From Cystobasidiomycetes sp. EMM_F5 (lineage: Eukaryota): 64,000 nt of DNA. Location: NCBI GenBank assembly GCA_051047955.1, contig JBPGPT010000002.1, positions 62,001 through 126,000 on the forward strand, read 5' to 3'. Of this stretch, positions 24,792 to 37,776 are shown in pieces. The notes under the pieces are model-generated. The model saw only the letters and a list, made by a program, of their open reading frames with translations, ran no database searches and was not told the DNA's origin. Within the stretch, counting starts at the first letter, position 1, and each line of letters starts with the position of its first letter. A program made the translations under genes and the position numbers.

Positions 24792-25073
24792 GAAGAGCGG
24801 TACAGCTCAAAGTACCTGGAATCGGTATCGCTCAGTGTTGTTCAGGAAACCAGAGTATTGTTATGCGACATCTTTACGCGCTTCGTTCGGTCATTGCACT
24901 TTTCCGACAGCCTCGGAGAAGTGCCGTTTGATCGAGGATCGGCAAAGTCGGAGGTGCCGAATCTGCCAAAATATCTCGGGAAAGGCCCAACATGCGCACT
25001 TCGCTTACTTTTCGCTGACTTAGTCTGTCGTTTCCATGTTAATTGTTCATCATTTCTGATTCTCCCGCGAAGA

Positions 25074-27191
25074 ATGCCTGCCCCTCACATCCTGCCTCCC
25101 GACGACGAGGCCGTCCCTACTGCCTCTGCCGATAACCATGATGTCGAAGCAAGGCATTCTGTCAAGACCGCTGCACCAGATATTGAACATGTTTATGGTG
25201 AGAGCCAAGTCGACCCGAGAATATCTGAGTACGGCGTGGAAGAACTGCGGCTTACCCGAATGCTTTCCCAGTCGAAGACGATCCGAGAAACTGGAGCTCA
25301 CGCAAAAAGTACTTTACCTTCTTCTTTGTGTGCTACGCTGCAATGGCAGCTGCAGTGTCTGCAAATATAGTACGAATTCCTGCCAGTTTTGTCCCAGGAT
25401 ACCGTCTGATTGCTCGACATCTTCAGTTCTTCCCGGCAATCGACGATTTACAACGCGATCTGCAGGCTTCTCAGCAAGTTATCAACCTCTCCGTGTCCCT
25501 CTTCATCCTCTTTCAAGGGACTGTGCCCATTCTATGGAGCGGGATCTCCGAAATATACGGGAGGAAGATTGTATACCTTTCGGCATACGCCATTTTCACG
25601 GCTTCGCAAATCGGTTGCGCTCTATCGAAGAATCAAGCAATGTTTCTTGCTTTTCGGATAATCGGAGCTTGTGGGAGTAGTGCGGGTCTGACTATCGGTG
25701 GGATCATTTTGCTTCTTTTGCTGTGCCGCGAACTGAAACAAATTGTTATCAGGTGGAGGAACAATCGTGAGGAATACTGCCATACTTTCTCTGCTGAAGG
25801 CACTAAGCTTGTCTACAGGCCGATATATACGATCAGCACGAACGGGGAACCCGGATCGGCGTATACTATCTTTTTCCGCTACTTGGTCCATCGCTTGGGA
25901 CTTTGCTTGGAGGCGCTCTGACCCTGACGCCAGCAGGATGGCGCGCATCATTCTGGTTCTTAGTCGCCTACGGAGCCAGTACGTTTGTGTGGACTCTCTT
26001 CTTTAAGGATACTTTCCGCAAGGAGCGCTCTCTAGCTTGGACAAAGGCCATGCGCCGAGCTCAAGATGCTGCTAAGGCTAAAGACGCTGCCCGAAAAGCG
26101 CAAAATGGCAGTCACTCCCCTGTCCGCTCCATCAGAATGCCATGGTCTCATTCACGGCCGACTTCTCGCCCAGACTCTCCCACAGACACCCCAGTACAGG
26201 CAGAACTACCAACGCCAAGTCCATTTGACGGCGGAAGGGGTTTGAAGAAGGTAGTTACAGAGTCTGGTGAAGAGGTACCTGTCAAGGTACACCTCGCTGA
26301 TATCAAGTAAGCAGTCTATGACTTTCGTTTGCAATTTGGTCTGAGCATCGACGTCACATCTTCAGTCCGCTGTCTGCAGTCGGAGTTATTCTTCGACAAC
26401 CCGCAAACTCCCTGGCGATCGTCGCATCTGGGTTGCTATTCGGCGGGCAGTATTCTTTAGTCTTCACTGGTGCCCTCAGCTTTGCCGACGCACCGTACAG
26501 CTACTCATCATTGGAGGTCGGACTTGTTCTGCTGTGTTTCGGGGTCGGAAACATTGTAGGGTCAGTTTGCGGCGGCAAATACAGCGACATCGTCTTGGCA
26601 AAATTCAAGTCGAGATACGGGGGAAAAGCGATCGCGGAATGGAGACTGCGTGCAACCCTCTGGGCCATGCCTTTTGTGCCGTTGACCTTTGTCGCCTAGT
26701 AGGTAATTTCCTTCGAGTAAGATCCAGGCTCTAGAGACTGAAAGGTACCGCGCATCAGCGCCTGGGCTATCGACCAGCATGTGCCAGTTTATGGAGCCTG
26801 CATCATCCTCTTTCTAGCTGGCGTCGCATCCATATGGGTATATTCAGCGGTAAGTTTAAACTGCTGCGTAGTGAGAATGAGGCTGACGCTTCCTTAGACC
26901 CTCGCTTATTTGGTTGACAGCAGTGTGGGCATGGCATCGAGCGCCGTGTCATGCAATTCAATGTCTCGAGGTGTATTCGGATTCCTGGCCGGTGAGGTTG
27001 CCGAACCTCTCCTGTCTACCATTGGCAATGGCTGGCTTTACACTTTGTGGGCGATACTCGAGACGATAGGTCTCGCCATGCTTGTTCTTGTTTGTTGGAA
27101 GGGCAACCAATGGAGACAACGATCAGCTGCAAAGAAGAACGTCAAAGACGATAAGTGCGCAAATTCACAGCAAGAAACGGAGAAGGCATGA
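25074..27191 (+). CDS. MFS transporter, DHA1 drug:H+ antiporter family (Qdr/Dtr1-like)
   Basis: Spliced EDDPRNWSSRKK, PILWSGISEIYGRKIVY (motif A-like), ADIYDQHERGTRIG, GWRASFWFL, TLAYLVDS; many hydrophobic segments. Confidence 0.88.
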
Positions 27192-27341
27192 TGTGATCGG
27201 AGCAGGTACTGTAGCATACCCAGCAATAGAGAGAAAGTTGCAAGCACATGTAGCATAACCACGCAGTATACCATCGATTCATTAGAGACAAGTGTCATTT
27301 ACAGATCAGCATCGAATGTACATAATGATGAAGACACACTA

Positions 27342-30300
27342 TTACACTATAGGTGTTTGTGATGTTTCTGCATCGCTGGGCTCTGGCGATGGCGGCAATC
27401 TCGGTGGTATGGAAGGCCATGGAACAGACACTCCTGGAACTGTATTGTCTTCTTCCTCGGAAGTGGACAGCCAAGCCTTTGCTCCTTCATCTTCTGGCGA
27501 TGTAACTGACGATCTTCTTCTAGTATGGCTCAGACTGAATAAGCGACGTTTAACGACAGGTGAGAAAGCGGATGGACTATCTTTGGCGGTAGACGACGGC
27601 TCAACACCAAGGGAAGCTCGTCGCGGTGGCAGGCGCAATTTTTGGCGGATTGTGTCAACAGCGGTACGTTTGCCGAGCTGCTGTGTTGTTTCCGGATGCG
27701 GTAAATCGCCAGTAGACATACTTTTGGGACTTGAGAGAGCTTCCGCTGAAGCTGAGATGCGCGGAGGTATGCCTGCTTCGCTAGAGATACCAATGTGTCT
27801 TGCTGCGGGAATTGCAACACCAGAATTTGTTGCGAGATTAAGGAATGTTGCGTAGGGCAGTTGTTCCATACTCGATCTCATAGGTGCAGACAACGGGCCG
27901 GCGATGGATGAGGCATTCCGGCGCGTCGCACCGCTTTGTTTCGCCGTTCTCTTTATTGAGCCTGGGCGAACAAGCGGACCACTTGCTGGTGGTACTCGGA
28001 ATCTTTCGGGTGGATGGCTACCACCTCTTGTCCTCGGAGGCTGCATCTCGCTGTGATTCATCTTCGGGGTTGTATTCACATGAAGATCCGGCAGTTGCCG
28101 CGACTTCTTCGATGATCGCGAAGGCAAGGGGGCGGAGAGTTTCGATTGCGCATCAGCTAGGGCGAGAAGAGGCGTTGTGGGCGAGCCTCTCGTAAGCAAG
28201 ACAAATAGCAACAGGACTAGGAGGGCGCCGAGCTGCACGATGCCGAGTCTACGTTCGATAATCATCTGTCCAAAACCGGCATAAGCTATGTGTATCGTTT
28301 GCGAAAGACGATTCGTACCTCTTTACTGAGAATGCTCAGTTGAGAACTCCATTCTGAGCGTTCCGACTCTAGCTTCGCTCGATGCAGCTCCATTTCGAGC
28401 ATCATCCGCCTCAAGGCTTGATCTTGCTTGTTGCGCTGCGCACTCGATAAATCAGATCTATCTTGCGAAATTAGCGAACAGAGCCTACTGATCTCTCAAT
28501 GCCAGTCAAACGGTCCTCAATTCTCCTAAACGTGGCCGAGATGAGACGAGTTTGCTCTTCCAGATATCTTCGCGAGAGTGTGGCATTGACTTCCAGAGCG
28601 GTCAAACGCTTCGCAATGGTCGCATAGATGGACTCATTTGCATGACCATGATTGTTCTGCGAGTGCGTGTAAATGACTTGCGCCGGAGGAGGATGAGAAC
28701 GCGTATCGTTCCGCTTCACTGGTACTGCCGTGACAGCTCGATAGTATGCGCCTGATGCTGCTGGTTTTGGGGAACTGGTCGACGAAGATGAAGATGTGTG
28801 GGTGGCCGTGGGAGAAGCAAGGTTGGCTGCATTCTGACTTGTTTCGCTGGCTATCGTAGAGGAAGACTCTGACTTCGATGAAGCAGATTTATGAGTCTGA
28901 GGACGGGCTGGGGCAGTCGCAGGTGCAGAAGCGGAAGAAAGGGCCTGCTTGGTCATCCATTTTAAAGACTCGTGCTCTGACCTCGTCTTATTTACCGTCG
29001 CGTGCTCTGCGTCCGCTGTCGGTTTCCGTTGGTCAATTTGCATGGATGCGGATTGCTCGCTATGAAGCGATGATGAGCTTTCTCCGCTACGCATCGATTC
29101 GGCGGCTGTGGACGGCCTTTGCAAGATTTGTTCGAGACTTTGAGTGGAGTTCAGCGCAGGTTGAGCTGACGCATCCGAAGTAGGGACTACTAAGGAGGTT
29201 GATGGCGATGGAGAGGGCGTTGAGGGGGCCGTCGCGTGGGCCAAGCCATTTTCTACCTTGTCCAGATACTGTTGATATTTCTCATCGAATTGCGGGAGTA
29301 TACTCTGGGAACTTTCTGTTGGCTCCACCGAATTTGTGAGTACAGCTTCTTCCTCCTCGTCGTCTGTAGTAAACATGGCTTCTCTTCTCTGATCTCGCCG
29401 GAAGGCATCCAGCTGAGTTGCACCATAGACCCTCAGGATTGACACTGGACAGTAATACTCCGTGCCGTAGTGCGTTAGGAAATCTACACGTATATATCTA
29501 TAAAATCCGCTCGTTGTAGCATCAGGAACTTTGAAGACCTTGTTGGAAGCAATGTAAGCACTTTGCAACCAGAGCACAGTCCACGAACACAAACCTGTAA
29601 GCCACGCGCGTTTGTTGCACGAAAGAAGCCCAGATCTTCCCAATTGCCGGAAGTTTCGGGATATGCTGTCCCAGCGCGCACGCGGAATTGCTTAAACATT
29701 GAGGAAAAGAATTCCAGATTCGCCAAGACAATAGTATCGATTTGTATCTCGTCACACAACTCGACAATTACGAACTGCTCTTTGCTTGCGCAGGGCGTGA
29801 GCATGTACCGGTCCTTCTTACTGGAGAGGATAGCAGAGGCTGATTTAGTAAGCTTCGACGACCGTATCATCGTCGCGCTGCAGTCGAAAGATGCGTAATT
29901 GGGCCTATCTTTCAGTAACTCCAAGGGGTCTAGTTTGGCATCGCCGCTTCCTGCATGTGGCGCAGGATGAACTGTTTTGCGGGTTTCAGTAGATATGGCA
30001 CTACTAGGTTCTGTCGCATCTTCGGATCGACGGAAGGGCGCCTCAGATTCTTGTGAGGCAATCCTGTCCGAGGCGAGTCGGTCTGCACTAGCATTCGCGT
30101 GATGCTGGTCTAGATCCGCATCAGAGCGATAATCAATACTACCTCGTCGAGGTGTACCACTCTTCTGAGCGGATAATTCGGCAGAAGCAGCCGAAGCCAA
30201 GTGCTGCTGTTTCCAGTCTTCAAAGGAAGGGAAGTCTGGCAAATGGGGCTCCTCCTCCTCTGTCTGCTCTTCGACGATAGCCACGCTTATTACAACTTCT

Positions 30301-30728
30301 GGCGTTGTAACAGTTTCGAGGCGTGTCGCCGTGCTTTCGCTTGTACCATGAACAGAAGGCGTGGGAAACGTGCTGTCTGAAGCACTCGCCGGGACCGTCT
30401 GGATGGGTAGAGCGCTTTGCCCATCTTGCGTAGGAGTCGTATTATCTAAAGGTACTGGAACTAAAGGCGACGTGCTGACCGTCGCGGAGGGCGATATTGA
30501 CAAAGCTGTCGACGATACTGTGTTGGCAGCATCGTTCGGATCATCGGACAGATCGCATGTCGGGTATGCTTCTTCCAACGCGTTCAGCCGGCGAGGGGCC
30601 AGTGACGTGCATATTTGCGACCCAATTGAAGACTCCAAGTTCTGCGCATGCACCAGTAAGCCATAGACGAGCAGCCTCAGTGTCAGTATGGCCCATATTC
30701 GTCGACGAAAATCAGGGTTCAGGAGCAT
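27342..30728 (-). CDS. Mid-SUN (Sad1/UNC-like) domain ER membrane protein, Slp1/SUCO-like
   Basis: Signal peptide; PSFEDWK; NYASFDCSA...ILSSKKDRYMLTPC...ELCDEIQIDTIVLANLEFFSSMFK...HYGTEYYCPVSILRVYG; ESIYATIAKRLTALEVNATLSRRYLEEQ coiled coil; late TM helix. Confidence 0.9.
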
Positions 30729-30911
30729 TGGTTGGGTTGGCCTCAGTCATGTAGTACTCGGACGCAGTTGTCAAAACATTCAAGTGGAACAGAAAGGAAA
30801 ATCACGCGAAAAGACTGTTTTCCCAAAGTCATGATTACAACCTGACTAGCTAAAACAGACGTTCGCAAAGAAGTGCGACCAGTTCGACATGTAATTGCCG
30901 ATATTTGGGGT

Positions 30912-32052
30912 TTACGCACGCTCCTTCTCGCGCAACTTGCGTCGGAGATCACGCTCCTCAGCAATGGACAGCTTGACACCGCCTCCCTTGGGCAGAGACA
31001 CCCACGCCTTGTTACCCTCGCCAATGACGAAGATGTTGTTCAAGCGAGTCGCGAAATCGTGACCTTGGGCATCACGGACGTGCACGATATCGAAAGATCC
31101 GACGTGTCTCTCCTTGTGTGTAATAACACCAGCGCGTCCCATGTTGCGACCACCTGTGCACATAACTAGGTTGCCGACCTCAAACTTGATGAAGCCGTCA
31201 ATCTTGTGGCTTGTCTCGACTGCCGTTGGGTTTGGGGCGCCAACGGTGGCTGGTGCAATGGGTGTAGTGGGAAGGAGGAGCTTGATAGTGTCGTTGACCT
31301 TGATGGCGGGGTCTGGGTAACGGATGGTGCGTCCGTCGTGGGTCACAATGTAGGGAACGCCGCGAGCACCGAGTTGAACCTTGCGGACTTTGCAGAGCTT
31401 GTCTGATTACGCAAGCAAAGTCAGTAGGCTGAAAACACTCTGGGCGGGAAGACTCTCCGCACATTTGCTCTCCTCCTCGGTGATTCGGTGGATGGCGAAG
31501 CGGCCCTTGACATCGTACAAGAGACGGAAGTGCTCGCCAGACTTTTCGAGAGAGATGACGTCCATGAAGCCGGCTGGGTAGGTGTTGTCGGTGCGGACCT
31601 TGCCGTCAACTTTGACAAGTCGTTGTGCAACGATCAAGGTGACTTCGCGACCCGTCAAAGCGTACTTGAGCTTGTTGCGGAGGAAGATCTAAACGAGCAA
31701 AGGAGGAGTTGTAAGACGCATGCCTATCCAGACTGCCAAGACCGTGCACATACCGACAAAGGTAAGGATTCACGCAATTTGTGCGGACCTGGGCTCGGTC
31801 TGGGTGCGTAGGACCCGCCGAGCTTGTCGAGCATCCATGATGATGGTGCCGCTAATCTAGCAACTGCGAGCGTGCGAGTATCACGGAGCAGAGGTTTGTT
31901 TCACATTGTTGAACAATCCTCAGTTGCGGCTCTCATGTTCGCAGTAAATGCTCAAGACAACCTACGATGCCTGTGGAAACCAGACGTCAGCAAACAGCAC
32001 ACGAGCATCCATTTGAAGCGTGAACGACCTACTTCTTTGGTCCACGTCCCAT
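30912..32052 (-). CDS. RPS4: 40S ribosomal protein S4 (eS4)
   Basis: Spliced [41 protein letters not shown]...YPAGFMDVI...[12 protein letters not shown]...[26 protein letters not shown] C-terminus; includes a 5-nt exon at 31966-31970. Confidence 0.97.
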
Positions 32053-33163
32053 GATTGCAGATGTGAGGTTACAGCAGGGGAGGTCGGAAACCTTTCTGGG
32101 TCCCCTTTCGCGAGGGAGACGGAAAAATTGAAAAAGTGAATTTTCTTCCGGATTTACAGAGGCAAAGGAAAGGGTCTATTTTGCTCGGGCAGTGGTCACA
32201 CGCGAACTCTCCTGATGTGATTATGTTGCAGCAATCTAGCCCTAATGCACGTTGATTGCAAATTCTTGACAACTCGAACTCGCAATCGCTGCCGCGATCA
32301 TCCATCTCCGCAATGACCGCTCAACTGAGATTCTACGCAATGCTGAGTATGATCTGACTATGAGAGCCTTACATGCAAGCTTAATACAGACATCTGAACA
32401 AGCCGCGAGTCTTGCGGAGTTGGCCATGTCAACCTTATCAGCATTCATGAAGTCGCAAATTTCGTCCACAGGACACGCGCCAAGCTTCGTATTTGATCTT
32501 CCAATCTACTCAATGCCCAACACAATGTCGAGTTGAATCTGCATTTACAGTCGCTCAAGCCATTGAAACTGAGACTGCGGCAGCGCTAAGCTGGACTATT
32601 ATGCAGCTTTGAGGTCGCCGCTGAATTTAAATGTAATACAGATTGGTGCTCTGCTTGCGTGTCGCTGATGCGGTTCCTTGGCATTTTATTCGAGGTCCAC
32701 AAACAGTGGTGAGGTGTAAGTACTCCGGATGATTGTCGCACGTCACCATAGGCCGGCGCCGGCTCACACGGCGATGAGACTGACAGATGAGGCGCGAATG
32801 GTCTTGCTGGACGTATGCAGCCGCTTCTTTCGGCGGATTCTGTACCGACTGGCATTACATGTCGGTACGGACTCCTGCGCCGCTTTCAACAATGCCGCCT
32901 TGATGTGCGAAGTAGATAATCCCTGCTGAAGCTACAAACACAGCAATACGTTGCGTCGACCTGCGAGATCCGGCCGTTTCGGCTGCCAATCACAAAGCGC
33001 AGCAAGCTTCAGGGCGGAGGCCGTACGCAGACCAAAGCTTGCGGTACGGCTTGCATAGACCGCGCAGCTGCACGCAGTGGTGGAATCATGTGTTCCGTAT
33101 GTGGTGGATTCGTACGATGCATATACAAGGGAATCCGGTAAAAGCCAAATGCGAGCCGGAATC

Positions 33164-33841
33164 TCAGAAGCAGCAATCGCAGTCGAAAGGGCACAGTGGC
33201 GTGTCGCCGCCTTCGTCATTCATACCCAACTCGTTTTCTGTGTAGATAGACAATCCATCTTCGGTCTTTTTCCCTGTGCTAGCGCATTAGCATAACGCTT
33301 CGGATGTTACAGGTATATCCTTTGACTCACGATTGCTGGTACCTCTAGAGTCTCGGAACAGTTTGTCGTCGTCATCGCCATTCTGAACAGCCGCATTCCT
33401 CTCGTTCATCGCTGTCTGCTTTGAAGACTGTTTATGACCACCGTTTGCCACCTTGCGTGGGCCGACAGGTTGCGCATTCATGCCTGGCAGCGACGATGTG
33501 TCTATAATAGTTACCGAGGCCGGCTTTGCTGGTTGTTGTGCGCCAGCTTTGTTCTCCGCACTATTGCCATTTGATAATTTGATTGCTTTTGAATGCACTT
33601 TCGTGTTCTCCTCTTCCGACTGCAATGCTCGCTTACGCTTCTTTTTGGAGGGCTTTGCAGTTACTTCTGTTGTCGGTATTACGACTGACGTTACAGCTGT
33701 CGGGGTGGATGTCTTCGAGGCTGTCCCAGCAAAGATGTCGTCAATTTCCGTAGCTTTGCCTTTCCCCTTCAAGTCAGATTGAACGGTAGTCCTGGACGGA
33801 TTCCCTGTCGTATTCAGCAGTGCAGTATGTTTCTTGCCCAT
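33164..33841 (-). CDS. DUF1764 family protein
   Basis: Lys-rich, EIDDIFA motif, spliced C-terminus DSRG...KKTEDGLSIYTENELGMNDEGGDTPLCPFDCDCCF*. Confidence 0.85.
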
Positions 33842-33967
33842 AACTTGCAGTCAGAGCACAAGTTGGGTGCATTGCCATCTCCAGTTTGGTCGCCCGACTG
33901 CCTCGATCGACGTAGCTCTTGCTGCTCTGACCCACGCCTACTCTGTCTGCTCCAGGCCAGCGCAGTC

Positions 33968-34407
33968 ATGATTGGTACGATCCTTGGATGGTGAGCTCCT
34001 TCTGGGGCAGCAAGCGCTGCGTGCTACCAGGAAGCGAGCTGAGCATTCGATATGCGAACTGCTACAGGTCAGGCTTCGGGCTTGCTGCACGCTTCTGGCA
34101 ATTGGGCATCCTGAAGCGCAATCTATTTGAGAGTAGGCCTACATGCCGGTATAGCTTACACAGCAAAGCTCATTGTTCCGCAGACCCTGGCGGACACGCT
34201 ATTTCCATGGGTGTTTGGGGAGGTTTCGGCTACTTGTACTACAATTGGAATCAACGCGTCACGCAGATGCTAGAGGTAGGAAGGTCTCGTAGGCTGTTAT
34301 CAGCATTCGGGCTGAATCGCAGGCATCCTCAGGAAAAGAAAGCCGCACTGAGGGAAGGACGAGCCGCTGGAGCGACAGCGAGCGCATCAGAGGAAGATTC
34401 AGAATGA
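33968..34407 (+). CDS. Mitochondrial complex I 14 kDa accessory subunit (NDUFC2-like)
   Basis: Spliced MIGTILGWSGFGLAARFWQLGILKRNLFENPGGHAISMGVWGGFGYLYYNWNQRVTQMLEEKK; the FGLA.RFWQLGI motif matches this fungal family. Confidence 0.8.
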
Positions 34408-34648
34408 AGGGAGAGCAGCTTGTATATCAGTGTAACAAAAGTCCTGTTCACATCCAGCGAGAGCAAGCAGTCGAAGCAAACTTGACTAGCGGAGACAACG
34501 TGGTCTTTGCAACAAATCACAAACGGCAACAGCCCCGTCTCGACGTACATCTATCGGCACAACAATGTACTTCTTCCTGACTACAAAGTTCGTCAGAGGA
34601 CACTAAAGCGGTTGCTAGACTTCACCGTGCTCTGTTGGCCTTGTATTC

Positions 34649-36665
34649 CTATTGGCGCTCTTGTAACGGAGCTGGAGCGACATCAATCTCGTCAATGAGC
34701 TTTCGAGCTTCTCTCCACATATCGAGGTTCTTTGAACACCATTCCTTGTGGAAGTTTGTCGATGCCGTGCACATTTCGCGAATATCAGTCACCTTTTGCC
34801 GCTGAAAGCGATCCAGATCTGCCTGAATCATCTGATTCGCATATCGCAGATCCAAAGTGATGAATTGGATCGAATTCTCCAATTGGGTGATGGAATCACG
34901 CGTCTTTCCAATGCTGTTTCGCCGTGTCATATCGGGATCCGCATCGACCATTCCATTCAAAGTATTGCTCAACGCGCCAAGAAAGCCAAACTTGCTGCCG
35001 ACAGAAGCTGATTTTCGCATCGTACTTGAAGAGAGAGTTGATGGGTTTGGAGATGACGTCGCGGATGCTGATGTGTGAACTAGACTGTCACGGATTGCAG
35101 TATTACTTGAAGGTTGTTCGTTACTGCTCGCATCATCCAGCGATCCTGCAGCGATACTATTCTCGTCTGCTGGCCTGACTCTAGAAAGAGCCCTATCCAG
35201 AGCTTGGTCCAATTTCCTTGCCTCGATTTCTGATTGTTCGAGTTCCTCAAGAGTCGCTTTCTTGGCCTCCAGCGACTCCCTCGTGAGCTCGTACTGCAGT
35301 TGCTTGTTGTGCCGAAATTTGAGCAAGGACTTGATGATGCTGCTGAATTGTGAGTACTCCGCTAATGGTTCTGTAAAGGACCGTTCCCATTCTTGCAGCT
35401 GATACGCATAGACATTATTAGCGCACCATCACATTATTCAGCTCAACAGACTCACCATCGCATTAGAATGCAGATAGGTCGAATCTATGGCCTGTCCCGT
35501 GCTTTCTATCGCCCGCGATAGAGACTCGACAGCGTGCCTCTCCTGCTCGCTCTGCGAGTTTGAAATAGCACCACTGCCACTCCCGCTGCTGCCCTCGTTC
35601 AAGCCGAAGCCATTAAAGATTCCCCCCAGCTCGGCATAATCTGCACTGATCTCACTCCACCGCTTCATCAGTCTGCGATTTATCTTCTCCATGCTTCCTG
35701 ACAAGTGTGCAGAGAATTTGTTTGTAAAGAATTCACTATCCAGAAACCGTGGATCCGGATTCTGCAGAGCGGGACCATAGCCAGAAGCTGAACCAGAAGC
35801 AGAACCTGTTGCTGAAGGCCCAGGCAGAGCCGCATACAAAGCCGTCGTAGCAGGGTCAGCGGGCGTTCGACAAGACGCTTTAAGACTGTGCTTGGGTAAT
35901 AGTGTGACGGGTGGAGCGTGCATGACTTCGCTCCAGGGCAGGTTGGGTTCGAGGAAACGGTGAAACACCTTCTCTTCCCCTAGAATGGGATGTCTGCCTA
36001 TGCGATTGAGAAACACAGACAGCATACGTTTCCTCCTGGCGATTACGTTGGCGTCTTCCTTCGCTTTACCCTGCTTTGAAGCGTAATCGGTGAGGCTGTG
36101 GTGCGGTGGTATGGGTGGGACAATAAGGACAGGATACAATTGGGAAAGAACGTTGCGCAGCGATTCGAACTCGGAGTACCGTCGTCGTGTATCGCCTCGC
36201 TGTTTGTAGACGCATCAGTGTAGGCCTTCTGGGCAACACATGCCGCATGTCGAAACCTACGTCGGACCTGATGATGTAGGCAATAAAGGACGAGGTACTG
36301 CCCTCGCGCGTCTTTTCTGCATCTATAATCTTGATTTCGTCCTTCCAATCAGCATTGTCACGCAGCGCTAGGCGTGCTGGCCGTCGAGGTGCTTGTTGCT
36401 GCTGATTCGGCTGCGCTGCTTGCCCGTCGTTCGAATGCATACTGGCATGGCTATTCTGCGCATTCATGGTTGCACCACCCGCTACTGAAGACATCCCGCG
36501 TCCCACATCTACTGATTCGCTATGCCCCGCTGCTGAAGCGATCCCAGTGCTGCTGCCAGCTTGCATTGGCGTCACCGCTTCATCCTGACTGCCGTCCCGG
36601 GCTTCGCTGAGGAACGGGTTATGCGACAGCTCATCGTCATCGTGCATCGATGCATGCATAGACAT
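34649..36665 (-). CDS. PX-BAR sorting nexin (Snx41/Atg20 family)
   Basis: PX motifs SFIAYII, RRRYSEFESLR, YPVLIVPPIPP, RRKRMLSVFLNRIGRHPIL; BAR region with DADPDMTRRNSIGKTR and IQADLDRFQRQK. Confidence 0.88.
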
Positions 36666-37776
36666 ACTGCGAAATGCAAAGCGCAAGTCTAAGGTTTGAC
36701 CTGTTTGCAAACACAGCAACCCTCCTCAAAGCTGGGGTCGGTGGCGACAACATGCATGCAGCCGAGCATGCAAAGGACAAGCAATTACTACACGTTGAGC
36801 TTAGACATCAGAACCGTCATCAAAGATTCTTCGAGGCATTCCTCGAGGCATCCCTTGGCAGGTATTGATTTCATACGAACATCCCTGCAATTCGTCCCTT
36901 GCGATAGATTCGTAATGGTCAGTACTGATATACTTACATGCTGATAGCAACATCCAGACCGTCCTCGTGCAAAGTATCATCAAGCAGTGCTTCCACATCC
37001 CTCAGTAGCTTTGACACCCTTTGCCGGGGACGATGTTTCGGCAATTGCTGACGACTACTGGCCTTAGGGGTAGGGCACCACATCCGGCGTCACAGCAAGC
37101 ATAGACCATGGTCTTGCAACACCAGTCCGGATATTCCGCCAGCATTGAGACGCGATACCTTGTGGCGGAGTTCGTACGGATGAACCCTGATATGTGGGGC
37201 GAAAAGTAAGCTCGTATGCATACGCGAATCTCGTCCCAATCGTCCTGACTTCGGCGCCGTGTGGGATGTCAGTATCGATCACTGCTTCACTTGCTTTTCG
37301 CTCTCAAGACAGCATATGCACGCCCGCAAGGCTTACTGTCTGTCGCTATGCGAATCAGCCTTACCAAACGCGTCCGATACTGTTCAATTCGACGTTAAAA
37401 ACTGAAAAGCAATTAGTGTGACTTCAATTCATTGCAGTAATGCCACGGCTCCCGGGTTCCACGCGCCCGTATGCGTTACATCATCTGGGTCGGTCTCAGT
37501 GGCCACCCTGTCGGCATAATCGTCAACGGCTGGGATCAGGCGTCATGGAAGGGAAAGGCGGACTTGACGACTTGCGTTTTGTGAGCTCAAATGGGCGCAG
37601 CAGGCACCCGGTGCCCGGTGTCTGATTGATAACGAGCCGGTCTGGCTCACCGATACCCTGCCGTAGATGACTAAAAGTGACCGAAGTCGATCGTGACGGA
37701 TCAACATAAAATATGCTGCGAGCCCAGCCTGAATTTGACTCTTTCGCATACCAACTTCCCACACGGTAGAGTCAAT

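Noticed and set aside
32200..33160. Possible small genes between RPS4 and DUF1764
   Set aside because: Short open frames exist on both strands, but there is no convincing start/splice/branch combination or recognisable motif.
36700..37700. Possible ncRNA or small spliced ORF between the sorting nexin and nitroreductase 1
   Set aside because: No tRNA, snRNA or snoRNA motifs were recognised. A ~56-aa spliced ORF can be built but has no independent support.
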